64,000 nucleotides of DNA from positions 24,615-88,614 of the forward strand of contig QZIM01000006.1 in NCBI GenBank assembly GCA_003599055.1. The letters are read 5' to 3'. Made by a program: the position numbers and the translations under genes. This document shows, in pieces, positions 46,544 to 56,927 of this stretch. The number at the start of each line of letters is the position of its first letter. Within the stretch, counting starts at the first letter, position 1. The notes under the pieces were generated by a model. It searched no databases. It was not told the DNA's origin and saw only the letters and a program-made list of their open reading frames with translations. This stretch comes from Candidatus Woesearchaeota archaeon (GTDB lineage Archaea > Nanobdellota > Nanobdellia > Woesearchaeales > ARS49).

Positions 46544-47419
46544 ATGAAATTCCTCATTATCGGAGACCTGCACGGCCACAAACCGAATATTTACTTCAAA
46601 GAATTTGACGCAATCATTGCCCCCGGCGACTTCTGCTCGGACGCACCCCGCGCGTGGATGTTCAAGGCACTCAAAGACCAACTCGCCAGCGCAAAAAGCA
46701 AAACAACCTGGTACGGCCTTGTCGGCAGAAAAAAAGCCAAAAGAATGGTCCAAAAAAGCCTTGCAGACGGCCGCGCAATCCTTGAATACCTTAACTCATT
46801 TGGCAAGCCAGTTTATGCAGTCCCCGGAAATTGGGACTGGACCGGCAAAGAATCAGACTGGACATTCATCAAGAAAAATTACTGGCCCCGGCTCATCAGG
46901 GACCTTAATAATGTTGTAGACTTGCACCATAAAACAGCCATTTCAAACGGAATCACTCTTCTCGGACACGGCATCATATCAGGACCAGAATACCCACAGG
47001 ACCCTGCGGAAAAAAAGAGACTTACCGACTCAGGAGAACTTGACTCCGTTAAAAAAAGCTACATCCGCCAAAAATCAATTGTCACAAGACTCTTTTATGA
47101 TGCAAAATCACCCGTCATCTTTATCCCGCACAACGTCCCCTACAACACGCCCCTTGACCAAATCAACAACCCCGCATCACCACGCAACGGGCAACACTTC
47201 GGCTCAGTCATTGCAAGAGAAATGATATACCGATTCTCACCCCTTGTCTGCATCGGCGGACACATGCACGAACACTTCACCCACTGCAAACTCGGGAAAA
47301 CCCTGTGCATCAACGCAGGATTCGGGCCTCACGTCAACGTCCTTCTTGAGATTGAAGGAGACACCGTGAAAAAAGTTGAATTCTCCAAGGCGGGCAAGAT
47401 TGTTGAGACAATCAGTTAA
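46544..47419 (+). CDS. Metallophosphoesterase
   Basis: GDLHG, PGD, PGNWD, HNVP, GGHMHE. Confidence 0.9.
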   Translation: MKFLIIGDLHGHKPNIYFKEFDAIIAPGDFCSDAPRAWMFKALKDQLASAKSKTTWYGLVGRKKAKRMVQKSLADGRAILEYLNSFGKPVYAVPGNWDWTGKESDWTFIKKNYWPRLIRDLNNVVDLHHKTAISNGITLLGHGIISGPEYPQDPAEKKRLTDSGELDSVKKSYIRQKSIVTRLFYDAKSPVIFIPHNVPYNTPLDQINNPASPRNGQHFGSVIAREMIYRFSPLVCIGGHMHEHFTHCKLGKTLCINAGFGPHVNVLLEIEGDTVKKVEFSKAGKIVETIS

Positions 47420-48095
47420 CCCTTCTTGACCACTCCCCCACGTCCTCAAAATAATAGGCGGATTTCGGGCGCGCAACCAAAGCACGCCGCACGACGAGGA
47501 TAAGCATTGCCGCAAGGATGCCAAGCGAATTGAAAATCAAGTCCCAACCCGTATTAATCCAGCCGCCACCGATGTTGTCAATTGCGTCCGTGTGCGCGGC
47601 TGACGGAAGACCGTCGCCCGGACCGAACGCAAACGCGCCCTCACCAAAACCCCACTTGAGGTAACCGGCAAATTCCGACAGCTCAATCACTGCACCCACA
47701 CCCTGCGCGGCAAGGAAAATCGTGATAAGCAAAAATACATTCTTTTTTGAAAATACGCGCGCGTCCATCCACTGCTCAACAAAGCCAAAAATGAGCAGAG
47801 CAAACGCGAAAAGGCCCACGAAGTGCGTCACGTGGTCCCACTGAATCGGCAGCGGAGACTCCCCGTAAAAACCAAGCGCGCCAAAACCGTGCAAAAGCAT
47901 ACCAAAAATGACCAGCGTCAATACCGGGACTTTGAGCTTTAGCGCACCCGCGTGATATGCGAGAAGAACAGTGAGCGCGGCAAAAATAAGCAGCTCAGGA
48001 ATAAAGCCGGACGTTCCGCTTATGATTGCAAGCGGAATTAAGACTAGGAAAGAAAGAACGCCGAGCACGGTTACGAGCCAGTTCATAGTTACCAT
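47412..48095 (-). CDS. Integral membrane protein (DUF2238-like)
   Basis: WDHVTHF, ELSEF, NTGWDLIFN motifs within TM helices. Confidence 0.75.
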   Translation of the reverse strand: MVTMNWLVTVLGVLSFLVLIPLAIISGTSGFIPELLIFAALTVLLAYHAGALKLKVPVLTLVIFGMLLHGFGALGFYGESPLPIQWDHVTHFVGLFAFALLIFGFVEQWMDARVFSKKNVFLLITIFLAAQGVGAVIELSEFAGYLKWGFGEGAFAFGPGDGLPSAAHTDAIDNIGGGWINTGWDLIFNSLGILAAMLILVVRRALVARPKSAYYFEDVGEWSRRVN

Positions 48096-48128
48096 TAAAG
48101 AGTGACGATTTATAAAAGTATCGCCGAA

Positions 48129-50405
48129 TCAGCCGAAATAAATCGGCAGTTCCTGCTTCATCTCCTTGGCCCGCGCACCACGGAAACGCTCGCGAAGGTC
48201 CTCATACATCTTCTCAACATCCTTTGTCACGCTTGCAGGAACTTTCCTTAACGCCTGCTCAAAATGCCCCATTGTCACGCTCTTTGCCTGCAGGCTTTCC
48301 CTTAGCGCAAGAATTGCCGCCTCGCGGCAAACCGCCTCAATATCCGCACCAACATACCCTTCCATCTTCTCCGCAAGCTCCTCAAGATTCACGTTCCTGA
48401 GCGGCATTGATTTTGCGTGCACGTTCAAAATCTCCAAACGGCTCGCATAATCAGGGACAGGAGTGAGAATAATGCGGTCAAAACGGCCCGGACGAAGCAG
48501 TGCCGTATCCATAATATCAGGACGATTGGTTGCGCCAATCACTACCACATCGTGCATCCCCTCAAGGCCGTCAATTTCCGTCAAAAGCTGATTGACCACC
48601 CGCTCCGTCACGTGACTGTCACTGCTCGCACCGCGCCTTGGCGCAATACTGTCAATCTCATCAAAGAAAATAATTGTCGGAGCCGCCTGCCGCGCCTTCT
48701 TGAACACCTCGCGAACAGCCTTCTCACTCTCCCCAATCCACTTGCTCAAAAGCTCAGGACCCTTGACGCTGATAAAGTTCGCCTCACTCTCATTCGCCAC
48801 CGCCTTTGCAAGCAAAGTCTTACCCGTCCCCGGCGCACCATACATCAAAATACCCCTCGGCGCGCGCACGCCCAAACGCCTGAACACTTCCGGGTGCTTG
48901 AGCGGCCACTCAACCGCCTCACGAAGCTCCTGCTTTACCCCCTCAAGCCCACCAATCTCCTGCCATTTGACGTTTGGCACCTCAACAAGCACTTCGCGAA
49001 GCGCAGACGGGCGCACAACCTTTAACGCATCACGGAAGTCACGCTTATGAATCTTGAGCTTTTCCAAAATTTCCTTCGGAAGCGGCTCATCCTTTCCGTG
49101 CTTGAGGTCAGGCAAAACCCTGCGCAAAACAATCATCGCCGCCTCCTTTGCAAGCGATGCCACATCCGCACCCACAAAACCGTGCGTCACCGACGCGAGC
49201 TCCTTTAAGCTCACATCCTTGTCCAGCGGCATATTTCTCGTGTGAATCTTCAGAATGTTCAGGCGGCCCTCCTTGTTCGGCACGCCAATCTCAAGCTCGC
49301 GGTCAAAACGACCCGGACGGCGAAGCGCGGCATCAAGCGTATTCGGCACATTTGTTGCGGCGATAACAACGACCCTGCCGCGCGACTTAAGGCCGTCCAT
49401 TAACGCAAGCAGCTGGGCAACAACCCTTCGCTCAACCTCACCCTTCGTCTCCTCGCGCTTGGTCGCAATTGCGTCAATTTCATCAATAAAAATAATGCTC
49501 GGCGCGTTCTTCTCCGCCTCCTCAAACTTCTTGCGCAGGTTCTCCTCAGACTGCCCGTAATACTTTGACATAATCTCAGGACCGTTAATACTGATAAAAT
49601 GCGCATTCGTCTCATTCGCAACCGCCTTTGCAAGCAAGGTCTTTCCCGTCCCCGGAGGACCGTGCAAGAGAACACCCTTTGGCGGCTCCACACCCAAACG
49701 CTCAAAAATCTCCGGATGCCGAAGCGGCAACTCAATCATCTCCCGCACTTTTGTAATCTCATCCTGCAGGCCACCGATATCCTCATACGTCACTTCCGGA
49801 ACGGCCTCCTCCTTAATCTCAACCGCCTCCGGATTCAAAACGACCTCAGTTTGCTCAGTCACAATGACCGCAAGCTTCGGATTCGTCTCGGCAACGACAA
49901 ACTTCAAGTCCCCAAAACCATACGCCATCATAGACTCTTCCATCATTGAGAACACTTCATCAAAAAACGGAGACTGAGACATCGTTGACTTTCTGCGCTT
50001 GGTCCCGCCAAGAGAAATAATATCACCCTTACTCAACGCGCGGCCGAGCAATCCCTGCTTGAAAATCATCGCCGACGCCCGCACCACAATCCCTTCCCTT
50101 GCAGGCGCGATAACCACCTTTTTTGCCGGCTCAACCTTTGCCTTCCGAACAGAAATCATCTCCCCAATACTCGTTCTTGCGTTCTTCCTTGAGAGGCCGT
50201 CCATACGGATAATATTGTTGCCGATATCCCCGGGATACGCACGGTCCACAATCGCAACCGACTTTCTTGCGCCCTCAATTTCCACAATGTCACCGGGACG
50301 CACATCAATTTCCCGCATAAAACTGCTATCTACGCGAACAATCCCCTTATGCACGTCATCCTGAATTGCTTCCGCGACTTTTAGCTTAATTTCTGCCGGC
50401 ATCAC
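48129..50405 (-). CDS. cdc48: CDC48/VCP AAA ATPase
   Basis: N-domain plus two AAA modules ([23 protein letters not shown] twice). Confidence 0.97.
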   Translation of the reverse strand: MMPAEIKLKVAEAIQDDVHKGIVRVDSSFMREIDVRPGDIVEIEGARKSVAIVDRAYPGDIGNNIIRMDGLSRKNARTSIGEMISVRKAKVEPAKKVVIAPAREGIVVRASAMIFKQGLLGRALSKGDIISLGGTKRRKSTMSQSPFFDEVFSMMEESMMAYGFGDLKFVVAETNPKLAVIVTEQTEVVLNPEAVEIKEEAVPEVTYEDIGGLQDEITKVREMIELPLRHPEIFERLGVEPPKGVLLHGPPGTGKTLLAKAVANETNAHFISINGPEIMSKYYGQSEENLRKKFEEAEKNAPSIIFIDEIDAIATKREETKGEVERRVVAQLLALMDGLKSRGRVVVIAATNVPNTLDAALRRPGRFDRELEIGVPNKEGRLNILKIHTRNMPLDKDVSLKELASVTHGFVGADVASLAKEAAMIVLRRVLPDLKHGKDEPLPKEILEKLKIHKRDFRDALKVVRPSALREVLVEVPNVKWQEIGGLEGVKQELREAVEWPLKHPEVFRRLGVRAPRGILMYGAPGTGKTLLAKAVANESEANFISVKGPELLSKWIGESEKAVREVFKKARQAAPTIIFFDEIDSIAPRRGASSDSHVTERVVNQLLTEIDGLEGMHDVVVIGATNRPDIMDTALLRPGRFDRIILTPVPDYASRLEILNVHAKSMPLRNVNLEELAEKMEGYVGADIEAVCREAAILALRESLQAKSVTMGHFEQALRKVPASVTKDVEKMYEDLRERFRGARAKEMKQELPIYFG

Positions 50406-50473
50406 AACACCCCACCCTTAAAATAAGGCAAACACTGTTTAAATAGTTTTCTCCTCTCCAGTGAAAAAGAAAA

Positions 50474-50881
50474 TCACTTCAGCTGAATTTTCGGCAACGG
50501 AATCGGCGGCGGCAGGTTCACTTCGCGCGACAACAGCAGCGCCTCAACATTGCAACGCGAGAAAATCGTGTTCAGCACCGCAGACATCACGTCTTTTGGC
50601 ACCTTCTTCTCCTTTTTCCACTGGTCCAAAATCTGCGTTGCAACCTCGGGCTTTTCAACAAACGTGAGGAAGCCGACAAGAAGCATATCCGCAAGCTTTG
50701 GCTCGTACTTTGCCGTAAACTCAAAATGGAACTTCAGCGCGCCCTGCTTTGCAGAACCCACCGAAATGTCACTCTTCTCAACGTCCTTGAGCACGACATT
50801 ATTGTTGACCTGAATCTTTCCCTTCGCGGGACCGTGCTTTTCCACAAGCACCTTGTTTAACGCTAATCCGACAACTGGCAT
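50474..50881 (-). CDS. Conserved archaeal hypothetical protein
   Basis: 135 aa ending NLPPPIPLP; TATA-like TTAAAT upstream. Confidence 0.8.
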   Translation of the reverse strand: MPVVGLALNKVLVEKHGPAKGKIQVNNNVVLKDVEKSDISVGSAKQGALKFHFEFTAKYEPKLADMLLVGFLTFVEKPEVATQILDQWKKEKKVPKDVMSAVLNTIFSRCNVEALLLSREVNLPPPIPLPKIQLK

Positions 50882-50981
50882 ACCCGTGCCTGACCAGAGG
50901 CATTATTTAAGGTTTACGGAACTCCAGTACCTCAATCCCGTAGTACCAATAATTTAAAAGGCCCGACGATACAGAACCACT

Positions 50982-51947
50982 ATGGCATTCCCTGAATTTT
51001 TTGCACACCCCCTTGCCTTCAACATCCCCGTCCTCATCGCGTCACTCTACATCCTCTTCAAAAGCGCAGACCTCCTCGTTGACGGCATTTCCGACTACGC
51101 CAAAAAATTCGGGCTTTCCGATGCCATTATCGGGCTCGTCGTCGTTGCCATGGCCGCGTCCGCGCCCGAGATTATCTCATCGCTCAACGGATTCCTCTCC
51201 GGCTCAGTTGGCGTCGGATTCGGCACCATCATCGGAACCAACATGGTCCACGCTGCATTCGCCCTTGGCCTTGTCACCATCCTTGGGCGCAAGATAAAAC
51301 TTGAGCCCACCATCTTCACCCGCGAGCGGCTCCCCATGTGGGTTGCCCTTATGCTCCCCTTCATCCTTGCACTCGACGGACAACTCAGCAGGCCCGACGG
51401 CGCGATACTGGTTATTGCGTTTTGCGCGTACCTGCTCAACTTATGGCGCCTTGAAGGAACTTTTGGGAAAATAAAGAAAAACGTCCCCCTCAAAAGTATC
51501 TGGAAAGACGTACTCATTTTCCTTGGCTGCTTTGTCGCCCTTATGCTCTCCGGCAAATGGCTTGTTTTCAGCTCAGTCCAAATCGGCAGGTATTTTGCGA
51601 TTCCGGAATACTTCGTTGCCCTCACCATCATCGGCATCGGAACAACCCTTCCCGACGTCGCCGTAGAACTCAAGGCGCTCAGAAAAAAACACGCGCAAAT
51701 CGGGCTTGGCGACCTTCTTGGCTCACTCATCATCGAACTGCTCCTGTTCTTTGGCCTTGTTGCGCTCTTCTCACCCATCACCGTCAATTTGGCACAAGCG
51801 GCAAACGCGCTCATCTTCCTTTGCGCATCCCTTACCCTTATGATGTTCCTTATGAACCGCAAAGAACTCACGTGGAAACACGGGCTTGTCTTTGCCGGGC
51901 TTTACCTTGCGTTCCTCTCCATTGAAATCTGGAATGTTGTTCGGTGA
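50982..51947 (+). CDS. Sodium/calcium exchanger family (YrbG-like)
   Basis: Two alpha repeats AMAASAPE...GTIIGTN and GIGTTLPD...GDLLGS. Confidence 0.9.
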   Translation: MAFPEFFAHPLAFNIPVLIASLYILFKSADLLVDGISDYAKKFGLSDAIIGLVVVAMAASAPEIISSLNGFLSGSVGVGFGTIIGTNMVHAAFALGLVTILGRKIKLEPTIFTRERLPMWVALMLPFILALDGQLSRPDGAILVIAFCAYLLNLWRLEGTFGKIKKNVPLKSIWKDVLIFLGCFVALMLSGKWLVFSSVQIGRYFAIPEYFVALTIIGIGTTLPDVAVELKALRKKHAQIGLGDLLGSLIIELLLFFGLVALFSPITVNLAQAANALIFLCASLTLMMFLMNRKELTWKHGLVFAGLYLAFLSIEIWNVVR

Positions 51948-51986
51948 AACGAAAGCAATAAAACACGGAGAGCGAACCTAACCGAA

Positions 51987-52781
51987 ATGATACTCACCGA
52001 CGACCACTGCCACTTAACACACGAATTGTTCAAGGACCAGCTTGACGCAGTCCTTGAACGGGCAAGACAGGCAGGCGTGAAGGCTATAATTTGCTCAGGC
52101 GTAAACGTGCCGACGAACAGGGAAGTCCTGGCCCTTGCGAAAAAGTACGGGCCGCTCGTCCGGTGCAGCCTTGGAATTTATCCCGTTGATGCGCTCGATA
52201 TTGCACCCGATGCAACCGGACTTTCACGACAGCTGCAGCACTTCGATGTTGATGAAGAATTGGAATTCATTCGACAGCATAAAAACGATATTGCCGCAAT
52301 CGGCGAAGCCGGCCTTGATTACCACTGGGTCAAGGATGCCGTCTTGCAGAAAAAAGAAAAAGAAAACTTTGCAAAAGTGATTAAGACCGCAGAAGACCTG
52401 AAAAAGCCGCTCGTGGTTCACACCCGCGATGCCGAATCTGACTGTTTAGAGATGCTTGAAAGCAGCACGGTGAAAAATGTTGTTTTGCACTGTTTTACCG
52501 GCAGGAAACACTTGGTCAAGAAAGCCGCTGATTTAGGGTATTACTTCTCTGTTCCCGCAGTCATTGAAAAACTGCAGCACTTCAAGATGGTTGCAGAAAT
52601 CGCAAGCATCAACCAACTCCTTTCTGAAACAGACGGGCCGTGGCTATCACCCATTGCGGGCGAACCAAATGAACCCAAGAACGTGATATTTACTGTTCGC
52701 AACATCGCAAAAGTCAAGAAATTTACTGAGGAAGAAGTCGCGAATAACATTTGGCTTAACTTCCAGCGCGTCTACGGCTAA
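51987..52781 (+). CDS. tatD: TatD-family nuclease
   Basis: DDHCHL, IGEAGLDY, VHTRDA, LHCFTG, SETDGP. Confidence 0.93.
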   Translation: MILTDDHCHLTHELFKDQLDAVLERARQAGVKAIICSGVNVPTNREVLALAKKYGPLVRCSLGIYPVDALDIAPDATGLSRQLQHFDVDEELEFIRQHKNDIAAIGEAGLDYHWVKDAVLQKKEKENFAKVIKTAEDLKKPLVVHTRDAESDCLEMLESSTVKNVVLHCFTGRKHLVKKAADLGYYFSVPAVIEKLQHFKMVAEIASINQLLSETDGPWLSPIAGEPNEPKNVIFTVRNIAKVKKFTEEEVANNIWLNFQRVYG

Positions 52782-53350
52782 AAGAGCTTGCCGCCCTGAT
52801 AGTTCGCCTGCGCCTGCTGCTCGTAGTGCGATTCCCCCCTTAACTCGGTGAACACGAGCTGGCTGAACCTTGAGCCAAGCTCAATTTCGCTGCCAAGAAA
52901 CGGCAGGAGCATAAAGGTGAGAAATCCACGATACCCTGCTTCCCCCACGGTTGTGAAAAGACCGGACTGCGTCAAGCGAAAGAGCGTTGTCCTTGACTCA
53001 ATGTGGCACATCACGTTTGAAGGAATATTCACCTCCTCGCACGTCACGGCAAAATACGGACGAAGCGGATTGAGCTTTACCGCAAACTTCTCATCAACAC
53101 TCTCGATTTTTTCAATGCCGTACTCCGCAAGACGCATCTCATAGCCCTTGAGCACAAACGCCTTCCCCAATTTCGGCATCTTGTTGTCTGACTTTTCAAC
53201 CGCAAGCTTGCCCCCATCAACGATTTCCACCAGCGCTGCAAGACGCAAGTCAATCCCGTTTGCCGTGAGCTGCTTTTCCAAATCACGAAAACCTGAAACC
53301 AACTTCTGCTTTTCAATGAGCGACTTAAGTATTGGACGACTGAAGTGCAT
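52778..53350 (-). CDS. dCTP deaminase/dUTPase family protein
   Basis: NGIDLRL, SRTTLFR, EAGYRG, RFSQLVF. Confidence 0.85.
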   Translation of the reverse strand: MHFSRPILKSLIEKQKLVSGFRDLEKQLTANGIDLRLAALVEIVDGGKLAVEKSDNKMPKLGKAFVLKGYEMRLAEYGIEKIESVDEKFAVKLNPLRPYFAVTCEEVNIPSNVMCHIESRTTLFRLTQSGLFTTVGEAGYRGFLTFMLLPFLGSEIELGSRFSQLVFTELRGESHYEQQAQANYQGGKLF

Positions 53351-53379
53351 AGACGGTGAAGACTCCCGCATTCATTTAA

Positions 53380-53919
53380 TCATTTCGGTACCAGAAAACC
53401 ACGAATCAAGACAAACGACGAAGGCGCATGATGATTCACGTACTTCACGAAACTCCTTAACCCGCGATAATTGATAACTGTAAGCGCGTTTTCCTGCGGA
53501 GAGACGCGCATGACCTCACCCTCCTTTGCAATGAGCGAAACAAAACCTCCCCACTCCTCATCCCAGCGCAGATTTGGATTCACACGCAACAAGAACAGCA
53601 CGCCCCTGCCTTTCTTTTGCGCATCGGAAAGAACCGTATAATCACCCTTACCAAAAACGCAAAGCTCAACCTCCGCAAGCCGCCCCCTAAAACCTGCGAT
53701 GCCCTCAAGCAAACGCAAGAACTCAACAGAATGAATAAAAGAAGGCACTTTACCGACTTGGTACGAAAAGCGCAAAGGGTCATGCTTTCTCCTGAGTGAA
53801 CCCACTGCAAGCTTACCGGTAAAAAACTTCTGCAATGTCGTGTTTTTGTGCTCAACGAACTGCTTATGTAAAAGCCCAATCACCTCCCGGGTGTAAAACT
53901 GATTCAGCCAGTCAGCCAT
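53380..53919 (-). CDS. OGFOD1/Tpa1 C-terminal-domain-like protein (inactive oxygenase fold)
   Basis: DWLNQFY, GDYTVLSD, WDEEWGGFVSLIA, P.ENAL, FVKYVNH; lacks the HxD...H triad. Confidence 0.8.
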   Translation of the reverse strand: MADWLNQFYTREVIGLLHKQFVEHKNTTLQKFFTGKLAVGSLRRKHDPLRFSYQVGKVPSFIHSVEFLRLLEGIAGFRGRLAEVELCVFGKGDYTVLSDAQKKGRGVLFLLRVNPNLRWDEEWGGFVSLIAKEGEVMRVSPQENALTVINYRGLRSFVKYVNHHAPSSFVLIRGFLVPK

Positions 53920-54499
53920 GAAACCACCCGGCCAATGTCACCCGCTTCTTGCCTGACCTCACTTCCTCAACCTGATGCACCGACTTTTTTGATACTTCAA
54001 AAATTGAAAACGTGTTCAATGACGGAACAATTGACTTCACCACTTCTTTTCCCTTGAAAAACTGCAGCGCGCCGCCATCCGCTCTTGTGAAGTTGCGCGA
54101 GAGGTTCACGATGTACGCAATTTTGCGACCCTCCAGACGGTCGTCGTGCGGGAGCAAATAGTCCGTATCATCATAAATGAAACCAGACATATCAATTGAC
54201 TTCAGACGCTTGCCCGTTATTTGAGAAATGAACAAGAGAAATTCATCAGAGGAGAAAAAAGAATGAAACCCGCGCAGCACCGGGTCTGACAATTCAGACA
54301 CATCATCCGTCTGCTCAAACTGAAACAAGTCACTGTTTTGCTCAACAAAATTTTGGCGAAGCAGCGCCCTTTCAACTCCAAGAATCCTTGCTGTGAAAAA
54401 ATCGGGAAGAACAAGATGCGGAAAAGGACTTGCCCGCTTAAATTGAGCATTCAAACCTGCTGTATCCGAATACCGAACATTCACCCAGCCCATACCCAT
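53912..54499 (-). CDS. 2OG-Fe(II) prolyl hydroxylase, OGFOD1/Tpa1 catalytic-domain-like
   Basis: PFPH, DLFQFEQTDD, LLPHDDRLEGRKIAYI, GGALQ, FEVS..SVHQVEEV, RVTLAGWFHG. Confidence 0.88.
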   Translation of the reverse strand: MGMGWVNVRYSDTAGLNAQFKRASPFPHLVLPDFFTARILGVERALLRQNFVEQNSDLFQFEQTDDVSELSDPVLRGFHSFFSSDEFLLFISQITGKRLKSIDMSGFIYDDTDYLLPHDDRLEGRKIAYIVNLSRNFTRADGGALQFFKGKEVVKSIVPSLNTFSIFEVSKKSVHQVEEVRSGKKRVTLAGWFHG

Positions 54500-54547
54500 T
54501 CCATCCGCGCAACCTTTATAAACGTTTCAACAGGAGCTGCACATCAC

Positions 54548-54619
54548 GAGCCCGTGGTCTAGCGGTATGACGTCTCATTCACACTGAGGAGGTCGCCAGT
54601 TCGAATCTGGCCGGGCTCA
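54548..54619 (+). tRNA. tRNA-Val(CAC)
   Basis: Acceptor GAGCCCG/CGGGCTC; anticodon arm TCTCA-TTCACAC-TGAGG; TTCGAAT T-loop; TTTATAAA upstream. Confidence 0.95.
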
Positions 54620-54684
54620 TTTTTCTTTGCTTCACTACTCCCTTTGGAACAGGAAACCCTAAAAAGAAAGCGAGTCGACGAGAA

Positions 54685-55317
54685 GTGATGAGAATCATCA
54701 TTGCGCTCCTCACCATTGCAAGCGTACACGCGCTCTCGCTTGCCGACTACCCCGGGATGTTTTTTACACCGGAATTTAATGCAACCATTATCATTCCCGA
54801 TGCCAAAAGCCCGGAGATGACTTTTGCCGCAAACTACCTCCTCACTACTCTCCCTCAATACACCATCCGCACAAGAGACACAAAAACCCACGCAACACGA
54901 GAACACGTCCGCGCAGCCATCACAACCGCGGCAAATGCACCGCAACACGGCCCTGCAATCATCATCGGAACCCCTTGCGAAAACGAACACACCAGACGCG
55001 TCATTCCAACCCTGCCCTGCACACTTGCACTTCCCCCCGACCAGTCACGCATCATCTTACGCGAAGGCCCAACCCTTGTCATCACCGCAGGCACCCCTGC
55101 CTTAATTCCCCTCACCTTACGCGCATTCCAAGAACACCCCGCACAATTTGACGCACAAGAAATCCACTTTCAGAAAACAAACAATCTCGTGAAGACCGGT
55201 GTTTACAAAACCACCCACTCACTCCCCTACAGCATCCAAAACCAAAACCACAGCGTCCGCAACGACCACCAAATACGCAAGATGAGATACGGAACAACAA
55301 TCAAAGCTCAATCGTGA
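54685..55317 (+). CDS. Secreted protein with S-layer-like domain
   Basis: Signal peptide; LADYP.MF...FNATIII and AIIIGTPCEN...LVITAG patterns resembling archaeal S-layer N/C domains. Confidence 0.65.
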   Translation: MMRIIIALLTIASVHALSLADYPGMFFTPEFNATIIIPDAKSPEMTFAANYLLTTLPQYTIRTRDTKTHATREHVRAAITTAANAPQHGPAIIIGTPCENEHTRRVIPTLPCTLALPPDQSRIILREGPTLVITAGTPALIPLTLRAFQEHPAQFDAQEIHFQKTNNLVKTGVYKTTHSLPYSIQNQNHSVRNDHQIRKMRYGTTIKAQS

Positions 55318-55538
55318 GTGTCAAGATTGAACACCGCGCCGCTATCCCTTAGCGCATCAACCACCTTATCACCAAGCGCGAGAACCTCGTGCTTTTGCGG
55401 CTGGCTTTCACCCCACTCATAAATGAAGTCATACGGCCCGTAGTGCGTCACAAACCCAAGCCCCTCAAGACGCGTTGCAACCTCAGACGGCCTTACCTTT
55501 GTCCCAAAATACATCACCAAATGCGTGCGCCAGGCCAT
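55308..55538 (-). CDS. Small conserved archaeal hypothetical protein
   Basis: PSEV..RL..LGF...YG.YDF.Y.W pattern; TTTTATA box upstream. Confidence 0.7.
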   Translation of the reverse strand: MAWRTHLVMYFGTKVRPSEVATRLEGLGFVTHYGPYDFIYEWGESQPQKHEVLALGDKVVDALRDSGAVFNLDTHD

Positions 55539-55711
55539 AGACGAAGCAAAAACCGGCACCATATAAAAGAGTTATGACAAACGCTGCTTAAACAAAATTC
55601 ACCGGAGCTACCGTGCTTTAAACGGACAGAAGAACCCAAATACACAAAAACCGCGCGTTAAAAAATAAGACCTGTGGATTTTGAGTTCCCGAAGTTTGCC
55701 TCCTTCCGTAA

Positions 55712-55782
55712 TGGGACTGCCGTGATTCGAACACGGGCCACAAGGTCCCGAACCTTGCATCCTACCACTAGACTACAGCCCC
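55712..55782 (-). tRNA. tRNA-Pro(CGG)
   Basis: Acceptor GGGGCTG/CAGTCCC; anticodon arm CAAGG-TTCGGGA-CCTTG. Confidence 0.95.
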
Positions 55783-55809
55783 AATACGGCAACAACCCCC
55801 GTCCCGCAT

Positions 55810-56628
55810 TTATAAAGATGTCGGCAAAGAAACAATATCGCCGCTCAGTTTCACAAGCCCCTCTTTTGCCAATTCTTTGACCAGCATTTCCGTCCACGCC
55901 GGCGATTTCTTTATGGACTTTGCAATGACACTGACCGTGCGCGGCTCCTCTGCAAGACGAAGAATTCGACCGCGATAAAACCTCCTTGAACCCACAAACG
56001 GCTTTTGCCTTGGCGCGACACGCAAATATGCGTCCTGCGTGCCCTTCCTCAACGCAAGACACTGCGACTTTAGCGGGCAGATGCCACATTTTGGCGACTT
56101 TGCCGTACAAACAAGACTGCCAAAATCCATCAGCGCATTGTTCCAGTCAACCCCTCTCCCCTCCGGCACCGCCGCCCTTACTTTTTCATCTATCTTTTCC
56201 ACCGTACCCTTCCCTGAAAAAAACACGCGCGAAAAAATCCGGCGAACATTCGTATCAACAACCGCAACATCCCTGCCGAATGCAAAACACTCAACCGCGC
56301 GCGCCGTGTACTCACCCACGCCCGGAAGCTCGCGCAAGTCGGACGGAATTTCCCTTGCCAAAACCTGCGCCGCGCGCTGCAAAAAGAGTGCGCGCCGATT
56401 ATACCCCAGACCAGACCACGCCACAATCACGTCCGCAGGAGACGCACCCGCGAGCGCCTTTGCCGTCGGAAACTTTTGCAAAAAATCACCATACTTGGGC
56501 AAAACCCGGCCAACCTGCGTTTGCTGCAACATCATTTCCGAAACAAGAACCCGATACACATCACACGTCTTTCTCCACGGCAAATCACGCCTGTTTTGCG
56601 CATACCACTCCAGAATTTCTCTTTGCAT
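55810..56628 (-). CDS. mutY: A/G-specific adenine glycosylase (HhH-GPD, Fe-S)
   Basis: RDLPWR, VSEMMLQQTQV, WSGLGYNRRA, LPGVGEYTA, VDTNVRR, C-x6-C-x2-C-x5-C. Confidence 0.92.
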   Translation of the reverse strand: MQREILEWYAQNRRDLPWRKTCDVYRVLVSEMMLQQTQVGRVLPKYGDFLQKFPTAKALAGASPADVIVAWSGLGYNRRALFLQRAAQVLAREIPSDLRELPGVGEYTARAVECFAFGRDVAVVDTNVRRIFSRVFFSGKGTVEKIDEKVRAAVPEGRGVDWNNALMDFGSLVCTAKSPKCGICPLKSQCLALRKGTQDAYLRVAPRQKPFVGSRRFYRGRILRLAEEPRTVSVIAKSIKKSPAWTEMLVKELAKEGLVKLSGDIVSLPTSL

Positions 56629-56681
56629 GCACGATTGTACATACCAAGAGTATATAAGCCAATCTTTGCGCACCATTACGC

Positions 56682-56924
56682 ATGAAGCTCTCCATTGACA
56701 CGCAAGCAGACAGCAAAGACGACCTGCGCAAAGTCATCGCACTCCTCCAAGGAATCATCGGAGAAGAACTCCGCACAACCAACCTTGCCGAAAGCCCGCT
56801 CCCCAGCACAGACGTCTCAGGGCTTATGAGCCTCTTTGACAATACGCCCGCACAAAACACCCCTCCCGCGCACGCAGAAGACCTCACGGATCCCTCAGAA
56901 CTTCCCGCACTCGAATTTTACTAA
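56682..56924 (+). CDS. Hypothetical protein
   Basis: MKLSIDT...; TATATAA box at 56651. Confidence 0.75.
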   Translation: MKLSIDTQADSKDDLRKVIALLQGIIGEELRTTNLAESPLPSTDVSGLMSLFDNTPAQNTPPAHAEDLTDPSELPALEFY

Positions 56925-56927
56925 GAA

